Source: an uncultured Candidatus Saccharibacteria bacterium (GTDB lineage Bacteria > Patescibacteriota > Minisyncoccia > Phycocordibacterales > UBA2100). Taken from it: a stretch of DNA of 64,000 nucleotides. The DNA lies in NCBI GenBank assembly GCA_964654205.1, contig CAZZHR010000003.1, positions 56,839-120,838 of the forward strand, read 5' to 3'. The position numbers were made by a program, and so were the translations under genes. This document shows positions 16,505 to 25,636 of the stretch, one piece after another; position 1 is the first letter of the stretch, and the number at the start of each line of letters is the position of its first letter. The notes under the pieces were generated by a model. It was not told the DNA's origin. It searched no databases and saw only the letters and a program-made list of their open reading frames with translations.

Positions 16505-17125
16505 ATGAGGGTAGAGCTAGCGGACGAAGAACATTATCACGTTTTCAATCGCGGCGTTGATAAGCGAACGATATTCGCGGATGCGCACGACATCGATAGA
16601 TTCCTCACCAGCTTACGCATGTTCAACTCGACCGAGCCTATCGGAAGCATCTACGAGCATCGATTCAATGAGAAACAGTCGGGCGAATCGATTGTAGATG
16701 TGATTGCGTACTGCTTGAATGTAACCCATTACCATCTGATTCTCCGGCAGACGACGGGGCGTGGAATTCAACGATTCATGCAGCGGCTCGCTACGGGCTA
16801 CACGATGTACTTTAACGAGAAGTACAAGAGGACGGGCGCGCTCTTCCAGGGTAGGTACAAGGCGGTGCACATCTCTTCTAACGAGCAACTGCTACACACG
16901 AGCGTCTACGTTAATCTAAACAACCAACTTGGAGGTTCAACCTCCAAGTTGGGCGCTTCGAGTTGGGGAGAGTACCGGGGCAGTGACAATGGGTTCTGCA
17001 AGAAGGATATAGTGCTGGAGCAGTTCGCAACGGTCCAACAATACGAGCTATTTGCGAAGATGTCAGCGGCCGAGATTGCAGAGCGTAAGCGAGCGGAAAA
17101 AGAAATGCAATGGCTTGGAGGTTGA
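16505..17125 (+). CDS. IS200/IS605-family-like Y1 HUH transposase, REP-associated tyrosine transposase (RAYT)-like
   Basis: HYHVFNRG N-terminal motif, HUH motif THYHLIL, and ...ALFQGRYKAV...SVYVNLNN in the position of the RAYT WQxRF.../YIYINP tyrosine helix. The gene is flanked and interrupted by identical palindromes. Confidence 0.7.
   Translation: MRVELADEEHYHVFNRGVDKRTIFADAHDIDRFLTSLRMFNSTEPIGSIYEHRFNEKQSGESIVDVIAYCLNVTHYHLILRQTTGRGIQRFMQRLATGYTMYFNEKYKRTGALFQGRYKAVHISSNEQLLHTSVYVNLNNQLGGSTSKLGASSWGEYRGSDNGFCKKDIVLEQFATVQQYELFAKMSAAEIAERKRAEKEMQWLGG
16926..16950. repeat. REP-like perfect palindrome copy 2 (AACTTGGAGGTT-C-AACCTCCAAGTT), in-frame inside the transposase ORF (encodes QLGGSTSKL)
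   Basis: Same arms as copies 1 and 3, but the loop is TCA instead of TGA so the reading frame stays open. Confidence 0.9.
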
Positions 17126-17133
17126 ACCTCCAA
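17114..17133. repeat. REP-like palindrome copy 3 (CTTGGAGGTT-G-AACCTCCAA[A])
   Basis: 20/21 nt identical to copies 1/2; loop TGA supplies the stop codon of the transposase-like ORF. Confidence 0.85.
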
Positions 17134-17529
17134 ATGCGTATGAACGATGCAGAGTTCGAACAACTGATAGAAGAAGGGTACGAAAAGCTGCCTGAGTGGG
17201 TGCGGGAGAAGATACAGAACGTTGCCATACTTGCAGAGGACGAGCCGAGTGAGGAGGTGCGAGAGAGGGAAGGTCTTGGCGAACACGAGACGCTTCTCGG
17301 CTACTATCAAGGCATCCCACTCACGGAGCGCGGTGAGCACTACGGGGTCGGCATTACAATGCCCGACACCATCACGCTCTATAAGTGGCCTATCGAGCAA
17401 GCGGCGCTGGACGACGGGCTGCCGGTGGCGCAAGTAATCGCCGAAACAATCTGGCACGAGTTTGCGCACCACTTTGGTATGGACGAGCACGAGGTGCAGT
17501 TTCGCGAGAGGCAGCGAGATGGAAGGTAG
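17134..17529 (+). CDS. DUF1025-type zincin-like metallopeptidase family protein
   Basis: MRMNDAEFEQLIEEGYEKLPEWVREKIQNVAILAEDEPSEE...HEFAHHFG (HExxH) matches the DUF1025 family; the start codon directly follows palindrome copy 3. Confidence 0.7.
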   Translation: MRMNDAEFEQLIEEGYEKLPEWVREKIQNVAILAEDEPSEEVREREGLGEHETLLGYYQGIPLTERGEHYGVGITMPDTITLYKWPIEQAALDDGLPVAQVIAETIWHEFAHHFGMDEHEVQFRERQRDGR

Positions 17530-17549
17530 TATTTGTTATACTCGCACGC

Positions 17550-18599
17550 ATGGAATACAGGACGATACCGACCACGGACATAAAAGTCTCTAAAATCTGC
17601 CTCGGTTCAATGAACTGGGGTCAGCAGTGCACGGAAGCTGATGCACACGAACAGCTCGATTATGCTCTGGCGCAGGGAGTCAATTTTATTGATACGGCAG
17701 AGATATATCCAATACCGCCCGACCCGGCAAAACAGGGTACGACGGAGCGCTTCATCGGCACATGGCTCAAGAAGCGCGGCAAGAGAGATAGCCTTGTCAT
17801 TGCAAGCAAGATTGCCGCGTCGAGCAGCATTCGCACGAGACAGATTTGGAGCGGCTCGCGGACGAAGTACGATAGGCGAAATATCCTCGAGGCAATCGAG
17901 GGGACTCTTGAGCGACTCCAGACAGACTATATCGACCTCTACCAGGTGCACTGGCCTGAGCGTGACATGAATATGTTCGGCGTGCGCGGAGTGGAGGAGC
18001 TTCCTGAAGACAGCGGCACGCCTATAGAGGAGACACTTGAAGCACTAAGCGAAGTCGTCAAAAGCGGAAAGGTGAAATACATCGGCATTTCCAATGAGAG
18101 TCCGTGGGGACTTAACGAGTACTTGCGCTTGGCGCGCGAGAAAGGTCTTCCACGCGTGGTGACGATACAGAATCAATACTCCATCATGAACAGGACATTT
18201 GAAATAGGTCTGTCGGAAATCTGTCTTCGTGAAAGTGTCGGACTCCTACCGTACTCCCCGCTCGGCGGCGGTGTCTTGTCTGGAAAATATCTTGGCGGTG
18301 CAAAGCCTGCGGGAGCGCGTCATACGATATTCGATAGAAACCGGGCTCGTTACAACGCGCCACATCTGCAATCGGCAATTGCCGCGTATGTAGAGCTCGC
18401 CAGAAAGCACGGGCTCGACCCGGCACAACTGGCGCTTGCATTCGTGAACGACCGCGCATTTGTTACCTCAAACATCATCGGAGCGACCACACTTGAGCAG
18501 CTCAAAACCGACATCGCGAGCGCGGGCATACAGCTATCAGAGGAGGTGATGGCAGATATTGCGGAGCTCTACAAGGTCATGCCCGATCCGCAGTGCTAA
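17550..18599 (+). CDS. Aldo/keto reductase family oxidoreductase
   Basis: ...ICLGSMNWGQQ...FIDTAEIYP...G..ERFIG... typical AKR N-terminal motifs; internal ATG (MEYRTIPTTDIKVSKI) used. Confidence 0.85.
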   Translation: MEYRTIPTTDIKVSKICLGSMNWGQQCTEADAHEQLDYALAQGVNFIDTAEIYPIPPDPAKQGTTERFIGTWLKKRGKRDSLVIASKIAASSSIRTRQIWSGSRTKYDRRNILEAIEGTLERLQTDYIDLYQVHWPERDMNMFGVRGVEELPEDSGTPIEETLEALSEVVKSGKVKYIGISNESPWGLNEYLRLAREKGLPRVVTIQNQYSIMNRTFEIGLSEICLRESVGLLPYSPLGGGVLSGKYLGGAKPAGARHTIFDRNRARYNAPHLQSAIAAYVELARKHGLDPAQLALAFVNDRAFVTSNIIGATTLEQLKTDIASAGIQLSEEVMADIAELYKVMPDPQC

Positions 18600-18625
18600 G
18601 TACGCGGCGTGGTACTATTTTCCGT

Positions 18626-19864
18626 ATGACGACACTCTCCGAAACGCTGCGTGAGCGGGGGTATGTACACCAGCACTCGTCGGAAACGCTCGAGGAGATA
18701 ACCGACGGACCGAAGCGCACCGTCTATCTCGGTATCGACCCATCGGCCGATTCGCTCCATGTAGGAAACCTTGTAGGCCTTCTCGTGCTCCGACATTTTA
18801 TTGAGAACGGTCACAAGGTCATCATCCTGACCGGGGGCGGGACGGGAATGATAGGAGACCCGGGCGGAAAAAGCGAAGAACGCAATTTGCTCGACGAGGA
18901 GACGGTGGCGAAAAATTCCAAAGCTGTAGCGGCGCAAATACGCAAAGTCTTCGGCGACAAAGATTTTGTCGAGGAGAACAATGCCAAGTGGCTCTCCAAG
19001 CTCAACCTCGTCGAATTCCTTCGCGACGTCGGCAAGTACTTCACGGTCAATGCAATGATAAAGAAGGACATCGTGCGAGACCGGCTCGAAAAGGAGTCGC
19101 CGATATCGTTTACAGAATTCAGCTACTCACTCCTCCAGGGCTACGATTACTTGCACCTCAATGCTGAGTACGGATGCGATGTGCAGGTGGGCGGCTCAGA
19201 TCAGTGGAGCAACATACTCGCCGGTGTGGAATTCATTCGCAGAAAAGAGGAGAAGACCGTGTATGCTCTTACCTGGCCGCTTATCGTCAACAAGGCGACT
19301 GGCAAAAAATTCGGTAAGAGTGAGGGCGGGGCTGTGTGGCTCGACGCAAAGAAGACCTCTGCCTACCAGATGTACCAATTTTTTCTCAATGTCGACGACG
19401 AGTCTGTCGGCGAGCTGCTGCTCAAGCTCACACTTCTTTCGAAAGTCACCATTGACGACGTGGTAATGGACCACGCCAAGAATCCGGGTGCGCGCTTCGC
19501 TCAGCGCAAGCTCGCGGAGGAAGTCACGGCGCTCGTACACGGCAAGGAGGAATCGGGACGTGCACAGCGCGTGACCGAGCTTCTGTTTGGCGATGCAAAG
19601 CAATTGGATGACAAAACGATGCGCATGATAGTCGAATCCGCCGCCGCGACGGCTGTAAGCCCTGGTGAGTCGCTTGTGGACGTACTTGTGAACACGAGGC
19701 TCGCTGCATCAAAGCGTGAAGCGCGTCAATTTCTCGACGACGGTGCGATTTCGCTCAACGGCGCCAAGGTAACTGCAGATACTAAGCTTACTGAGGCGAC
19801 GCTCACGCCCGGCGCGATACTAAAGCGAGGCAAAAGGCACGTCGCCGTGCTACGATTGAACTAA
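18626..19864 (+). CDS. tyrS: Tyrosine--tRNA ligase
   Basis: HVGNLVG (HIGH-like) and KFGKSEG (KMSKS-like) class I motifs, C-terminal S4-like domain. Confidence 0.9.
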   Translation: MTTLSETLRERGYVHQHSSETLEEITDGPKRTVYLGIDPSADSLHVGNLVGLLVLRHFIENGHKVIILTGGGTGMIGDPGGKSEERNLLDEETVAKNSKAVAAQIRKVFGDKDFVEENNAKWLSKLNLVEFLRDVGKYFTVNAMIKKDIVRDRLEKESPISFTEFSYSLLQGYDYLHLNAEYGCDVQVGGSDQWSNILAGVEFIRRKEEKTVYALTWPLIVNKATGKKFGKSEGGAVWLDAKKTSAYQMYQFFLNVDDESVGELLLKLTLLSKVTIDDVVMDHAKNPGARFAQRKLAEEVTALVHGKEESGRAQRVTELLFGDAKQLDDKTMRMIVESAAATAVSPGESLVDVLVNTRLAASKREARQFLDDGAISLNGAKVTADTKLTEATLTPGAILKRGKRHVAVLRLN

Positions 19865-19865
19865 T

Positions 19866-20015
19866 ATGAAAGGCGGCGGATTCGATAAGCGGAATAATAA
19901 GCCTCATTTCGATAAACCCCAGTCGCGTCAATCGACACCAGTGAGGATGCCGTCGCGTGCAGGACAGTTCGGGGCAGGAGGAAAGGGAAGGCGCTCAATA
20001 CCGCGCAGCAAATAG
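19866..20015 (+). CDS. Possible small Gly/Lys/Arg-rich basic protein (49 aa), speculative
   Basis: ATG 2 nt after the tyrS stop; MKGGGFDKRNNKPHFDKPQSRQSTPVRMPSRAGQFGAGGKGRRSIPRSK. Low-complexity composition; no homology assignment possible by eye. Confidence 0.2.
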   Translation: MKGGGFDKRNNKPHFDKPQSRQSTPVRMPSRAGQFGAGGKGRRSIPRSK

Positions 20016-20026
20016 ACTGAGCCGAT

Positions 20027-20136
20027 AGCGGTGGTATACCCCGTGAGATAGATTATCAGCATTTGCGATTCGAAATAAGATTTCGCGGTCCTTCGGTAAT
20101 GACATGGCGTCGACTGCGCGTATCTCATGGGGTATA
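20027..20136. repeat. Inverted pair of the 16-24 nt motif AGCGGTGGTATACCCCGTGAGATA ... TATCTCATGGGGTATA flanking ~70 nt
   Basis: Read directly from the sequence; the same motif pair occurs at 35098-35172, and a single copy at 4981-4996. Confidence 0.85.
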
Positions 20137-20149
20137 GTCCTGCGTGTGA

Positions 20150-21487
<1,338 letters not shown>

Positions 21488-21494
21488 AGCGTGG

Positions 21495-21514
21495 GGGCGG
21501 CCTCTCGGCCGCCC
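21495..21514 (+). terminator. GC hairpin GGGCGGCC-TCTC-GGCCGCCC downstream of tgt (no clear U-tract)
   Basis: Perfect 8-bp stem seen in the sequence 7 nt after the tgt stop. Confidence 0.4.
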
Positions 21515-22084
21515 ACAGCAAATGTGCTTGCGCGATTCAATCGCTCTTTGCTCCCTCCTCGAGCCCTGTCCTTTTCGCTACGTCGAGAATTTTGTCAACG
21601 GGGCAATCTGTCTTCTGCTCCGGCTGCTGCCTTTTCCTGCGAGTCATTAGGACACCTCTCTCCTATGCCGCCGGTAAGCCTATCGCAGGGTTTAGGTGGA
21701 GGCAACTGCATGCAATCTTCATAATTCGTACAGAAACTACGCGATATATTCGCTAGCAGCGATCGTGTACATTTTGATCGTTCATAGCGTTACCGACAAT
21801 CCAAAAGGGGGAGAGGGTGTGTTGCACGAGCAGCCACAAGTCGACAGTGCAAGTGTTGAGCAAGCGCCTCGCTGCTGCGGACGGGGCATGAGGAGAGCCT
21901 CATGCTCCATCGATTCGTTTATCTGCACTGGATGTTACCGGGTACTGGTCATGAGCACCGGGAATCAATCAGCGGATTACGAGATGATGAAGCGAGTCGC
22001 GCGTGAGTTTAAGTACTTCTTCGGCGACGCGTAGCACGGGAGGACGACAGGGGGCGCAAATAGCGCCAAAAGGGCGCACAGACA

Positions 22085-22120
22085 GGCCGGCACCGAGAGG
22101 TGCCGGCCTGATTTCTTTTT
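22085..22120 (+). terminator. Rho-independent terminator GGCCGGCACC-GAGA-GGTGCCGGCC + TGATTTCTTTTT
   Basis: 10-bp perfect stem followed by a T-rich tract on the + strand, immediately upstream of uvrB. Implies a + strand transcript from the unassigned 21.5-22.1 kb region. Confidence 0.75.
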
Positions 22121-22137
22121 GGTAGAGTGTGTAGTTC

Positions 22138-24183
22138 ATGTTGAAAATCCAGTCTACATATACTCCAGCAGGCGACCAACCCAAAGCTATAGAGGCACTC
22201 GTGCAAGGCCTCAGGGAGGGAAAGCGAGACCAGACGCTTCTCGGTGTCACGGGCTCAGGCAAGACATTCACGGTCGCCAATGTGATAGACCGGATTCAGA
22301 AGCCGACGCTCGTGATTGCCCACAACAAGACGCTCGCAGCACAGCTCGCGAGCGAGTACCGCGAGTTCTTCCCTGACGCTGCGGTGCACTACTTCGTCTC
22401 GTACTACGACTACTATCAGCCAGAGGCGTACGTCGCCGTATCGGACACCTATATCGAAAAGGAGGCAATGATAAACGAGGACATCGAGCGCCTTCGCCAT
22501 GCGACCACTCAGGCACTTCTCACGCGCCAAGACGTCATCGTGGTCGCCTCGGTTTCGTGCATATACGGCCTCGGCAGTCCCGTGCAATACGGTAAGGCAA
22601 TTCTCCACCTCAATACGGGTGCGGCGTACACGCGCGCATCGCTCACGCGCACGCTTATCTCGATGTACTTCGATAGAACGGCAGGAGACCTCTCTCCTGG
22701 CACGTTCCGACCGCTTGGCTCCCTTGTGGAAGTCATGCCCGCGCAGGAGCGCGTCGTGTATCGCATCGACCTTGCGGGCGGCACTATCAGGACAATTGAG
22801 GAAATGGACCCCATCACTCGCGAGATACGTCGCCAAGTAGAGACGGCGTACCTCTTTCCGCACAAGCACTATGTCACGCCCGACGATGTAAAAGAGGCAG
22901 CAGTGGCCGATATCGAGACCGAGCTCAAAGAGCGGCTTAAGGTACTAAACGAAAGTGGAAAGATTCTCGAGGCAGAGCGACTGAAACGCCGTACGCGCCA
23001 AGACCTCGCGATGATTAAGGAGTTTGGATACTGCAACGGGATCGAGAACTACTCGCGGCATTTTGACAGGCGCTCGCCAGGAGAGCCATCGTATTCGTTG
23101 CTCTCGTACTTCCCGCACAAGGCCGATGGCTCACCCGATTTTCTCACTGTAGTCGACGAGTCGCACGTCACTATCCCGCAGATTGGCGCGATGTACGCGG
23201 GCGACAAGGCGCGCAAAGAGACGCTCATCGAGCACGGTTTCCGACTGCCGAGCGCGCTCGACAACAGGCCACTGAAGTTCGACGAATTTGAGAAGAGCAT
23301 CGGCCAAGTCATCTACACTTCGGCCACACCGGGTGCTTACGAATCAGCACGCTGCGGGAAGCCCATAGAGCAAGTGATTCGCCCGACAGGCCTCGTCGAT
23401 CCTGAAATAGTTATCCGGCCGATTATCTCGAGCGAGGGGTACGAGGGGCAAGTGCGCGATTTTATACAGGAGGCAGAAACTATTACGAATCGCGGCGCTC
23501 GCTCGATGGTCACGGTACTTACCAAAAAGATGGCCGAGGACCTCGCAACATTTCTGGAAGAGAAGAAGATAAAAGTGCGCTACATCCACTCAGATGTGAA
23601 AACCATTGACCGCATTGAGATTCTCACTGATTTCCGTAAGGGCGTCTTCGACGTGCTTGTAGGTGTGAACCTTCTACGCGAGGGGCTCGACTTACCGGAA
23701 GTGGAGTTGGTAGGCATTCTCGATGCGGATAAAGAGGGGTTCCTCCGCAGCGAGACTTCGCTCATTCAGACCATCGGACGAGCCGCGCGCAACGTACATG
23801 GACGTGTCATTCTCTACGCGGATAACATCACGGGCTCTATGGAGCGCGCCATTGGGGAAACTAATCGCCGCCGCGCGGTGCAGATAGCGTACAACGAGCA
23901 GCACGGTATCACGCCACAGACAATCAAGAAAAAGATTTTCGATATCATGGGCGATATCCAGAAATCTCGACAGGCGACGGTGCGAGAACTTGCCCAGCTA
24001 GACATGTCGGCAGAGAACGCAGATCCAGTAAAGCTTGTGCGGGAGAAGCGGCAGCAGATGCATGAGGCGGCGGACAATCTCGACTTCGAGACAGCAGCGC
24101 TTATACGCGACGAGATTCATGAGCTAGAAAAACTACTCAAGTCGAAGGCGCGCAAATCGCCAAAAGCAGTTCAAATCCAATAG
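22138..24183 (+). CDS. uvrB: Excinuclease ABC subunit B
   Basis: N-terminal ...QPKAIEALVQGL..G...Q.LLGVTGSGKTFT... helicase motifs and C-terminal UvrB/UvrC interaction helix (…DNLDFETAALIRDEIHELE…). Confidence 0.9.
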   Translation: MLKIQSTYTPAGDQPKAIEALVQGLREGKRDQTLLGVTGSGKTFTVANVIDRIQKPTLVIAHNKTLAAQLASEYREFFPDAAVHYFVSYYDYYQPEAYVAVSDTYIEKEAMINEDIERLRHATTQALLTRQDVIVVASVSCIYGLGSPVQYGKAILHLNTGAAYTRASLTRTLISMYFDRTAGDLSPGTFRPLGSLVEVMPAQERVVYRIDLAGGTIRTIEEMDPITREIRRQVETAYLFPHKHYVTPDDVKEAAVADIETELKERLKVLNESGKILEAERLKRRTRQDLAMIKEFGYCNGIENYSRHFDRRSPGEPSYSLLSYFPHKADGSPDFLTVVDESHVTIPQIGAMYAGDKARKETLIEHGFRLPSALDNRPLKFDEFEKSIGQVIYTSATPGAYESARCGKPIEQVIRPTGLVDPEIVIRPIISSEGYEGQVRDFIQEAETITNRGARSMVTVLTKKMAEDLATFLEEKKIKVRYIHSDVKTIDRIEILTDFRKGVFDVLVGVNLLREGLDLPEVELVGILDADKEGFLRSETSLIQTIGRAARNVHGRVILYADNITGSMERAIGETNRRRAVQIAYNEQHGITPQTIKKKIFDIMGDIQKSRQATVRELAQLDMSAENADPVKLVREKRQQMHEAADNLDFETAALIRDEIHELEKLLKSKARKSPKAVQIQ

Positions 24184-24185
24184 GT

Positions 24186-25106
24186 ATGCAAGATGTGCAT
24201 GAAAATCTCCCGCTCGCTCCGACCACCACGTTCAAGATAGGTGGCAGGGCGCAGTACTTTGTGGATGTTCGAAGCGAATCAGAGGTGCGCGAGGCAATCG
24301 CGTGGGCAAAAGAGCGCGCAGTGCGCCTCATAGTGCTTTCAGGCGGTAGCAATGTGCTTGTGCCGGATGGGGGGCTCGACGCGCTTGTCATGCGTCTGCG
24401 TGGAGACCTGTATGAATTCAACGGTGGCGTCGTCGATGCGTGGTCGGGCACGAATCTCTTTACGCTTATTCAGGCAATGGGACGATTGGGATACGGCGGA
24501 TGGGAAAAGCTCGCAGGTATTCCAGGCTCCGTCGGAGGAGCTGTGAGGGGGAACGCTGGGGCGTTTGGACCGGAGATAAAGGATTTCGTGGTCGGCGTCC
24601 GTGCAACCAATAGCAAGACGGGTGAAACGAAGGAGTTTGTGAATACCGCGTGCGACTTTTCATATCGTCACAGCTTTTTCAAAGACAATCCTGAGTGGAT
24701 TATCACGCGTGTGAAGTTGAAGCTAGAGAAGATCGATCCTGCGCAAAGTGCGCGCCTTGCAGGCGAGACAATAGCGGAGCGCGAGCGCCGCCATCTGCAG
24801 AACGTACAGGCTGCCGGCTCATTCTTTATGAACCCGGTAGCGCCAGCCGAAATAGTTGCACTGTTTGAAACAGAAAAGGGCGTGAAGTCGCGAGAGGGCA
24901 GAGTACCTGCCGGCTGGCTTATTGAAAAAGCGGGAATGAAAGGTGCGCGCGTGGGCGGCGCCATAGCGAGCTTGCAGCACCCCAACTACATCGTCAACGA
25001 AGGCACCGCGACCGCGCACGACGTGCGCAATCTGGCTCAACAAATAAAGCTAGCGGTATTTGACCAATTCGGTATTGAGCTGCAAGAGGAGGCCGCGCTC
25101 CTGTAG
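24186..25106 (+). CDS. murB: UDP-N-acetylenolpyruvoylglucosamine reductase
   Basis: FAD-binding N-terminal region (…TTFKIGGRAQYFVDV…, …LSGGSNVLV…) and MurB C-terminal domain. Confidence 0.85.
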   Translation: MQDVHENLPLAPTTTFKIGGRAQYFVDVRSESEVREAIAWAKERAVRLIVLSGGSNVLVPDGGLDALVMRLRGDLYEFNGGVVDAWSGTNLFTLIQAMGRLGYGGWEKLAGIPGSVGGAVRGNAGAFGPEIKDFVVGVRATNSKTGETKEFVNTACDFSYRHSFFKDNPEWIITRVKLKLEKIDPAQSARLAGETIAERERRHLQNVQAAGSFFMNPVAPAEIVALFETEKGVKSREGRVPAGWLIEKAGMKGARVGGAIASLQHPNYIVNEGTATAHDVRNLAQQIKLAVFDQFGIELQEEAALL

Positions 25107-25111
25107 TAGAG

Positions 25112-25136
25112 GGTGGACAGCAACGCTGTCCACCCT
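25112..25136. terminator. Hairpin GGGTGGACAG-CAACG-CTGTCCACCC between murB (+) and a convergent minus-strand small gene
   Basis: Perfect 10-bp stem directly after the murB stop and adjacent to the stop of the minus-strand ORF 25146..25493. Confidence 0.6.
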
Positions 25137-25145
25137 TGGATATGT

Positions 25146-25493
25146 TCACAGAACGCATTCCTCGCATCGATAGAGTCGCATATCATCCCAGGAGCGAGAT
25201 TGCGCGAATCGCCTTGCATTGCCGTCTGATGGAGACACGAAGAAGATGTCCACTCGACGCCTCGTTTCGAGCGCGCCCGTGAGAAGGTACCAGTTGGGTC
25301 TGACAACGCCGGTTGTCTCACCGCGATTGTCCAATCGCTCAACGCGAAAGATTTCGCGATAGCTGCGTCGTCTGTCTACAGCGGAAGCGAGCCGCCGCAC
25401 TTCGTGCACTTCGGCCACGCTCGTGGCATGCGGGTAGAAGAGTGCCTGGACATTACCCAAGCCCTCTACGCGAGACATGAATATTGCGCCCAT
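25146..25493 (-). CDS. Hypothetical 115-aa protein with a strong Shine-Dalgarno sequence (AAGGGAGG-N6-ATG)
   Basis: Internal ATG of minus ORF 25146..25601 preceded by AAGGGAGG. It occupies an otherwise empty 530-nt gap between murB and uvrA and ends next to a hairpin. Arg-rich composition, so a spurious high-GC ORF cannot be excluded. Confidence 0.4.
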   Translation of the reverse strand: MGAIFMSRVEGLGNVQALFYPHATSVAEVHEVRRLASAVDRRRSYREIFRVERLDNRGETTGVVRPNWYLLTGALETRRRVDIFFVSPSDGNARRFAQSRSWDDMRLYRCEECVL

Positions 25494-25636
25494 GGAAGCC
25501 TCCCTTGCTGAGGCGACCATACCGGTGCAAATGGATACAGTCAATAAAATGCGATATAGTGCCTCTGCCCAGTCAGAGTACGACTCTGCGGGGCTACACA
25601 ACCCCTTGCGCCAGCGCGGGGGTCAAAATCATTGAT

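Larger units (their letters stand above)
16467..17134 (+). mobile_element. Putative RAYT/REP (IS200-like) unit: palindrome - tnpA-like gene - palindrome - 187 nt - palindrome
   Basis: Three copies of one palindrome bracket a HUH Y1 transposase homolog; spacing between copies is 459 nt and 187 nt; total about 665 nt, the size of an IS200-type element. Confidence 0.55.

Noticed and set aside
20036-20136. Interpreting the inverted 16-24-nt motif pairs as classical MITEs
   Set aside because: The sequences enclosed by the arms differ completely in length and content between loci (about 70 vs 35 nt), unlike MITE families. A regulatory or REP/BIME-like interpretation fits better.
21696-22034. 112-aa + ORF in the tgt-uvrB gap as a confident protein gene
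   Set aside because: Odd composition (Cys/Arg-rich, no hydrophobic core pattern) and no family resemblance. Left as part of a possible unannotated ncRNA/small-gene region rather than called as a CDS.
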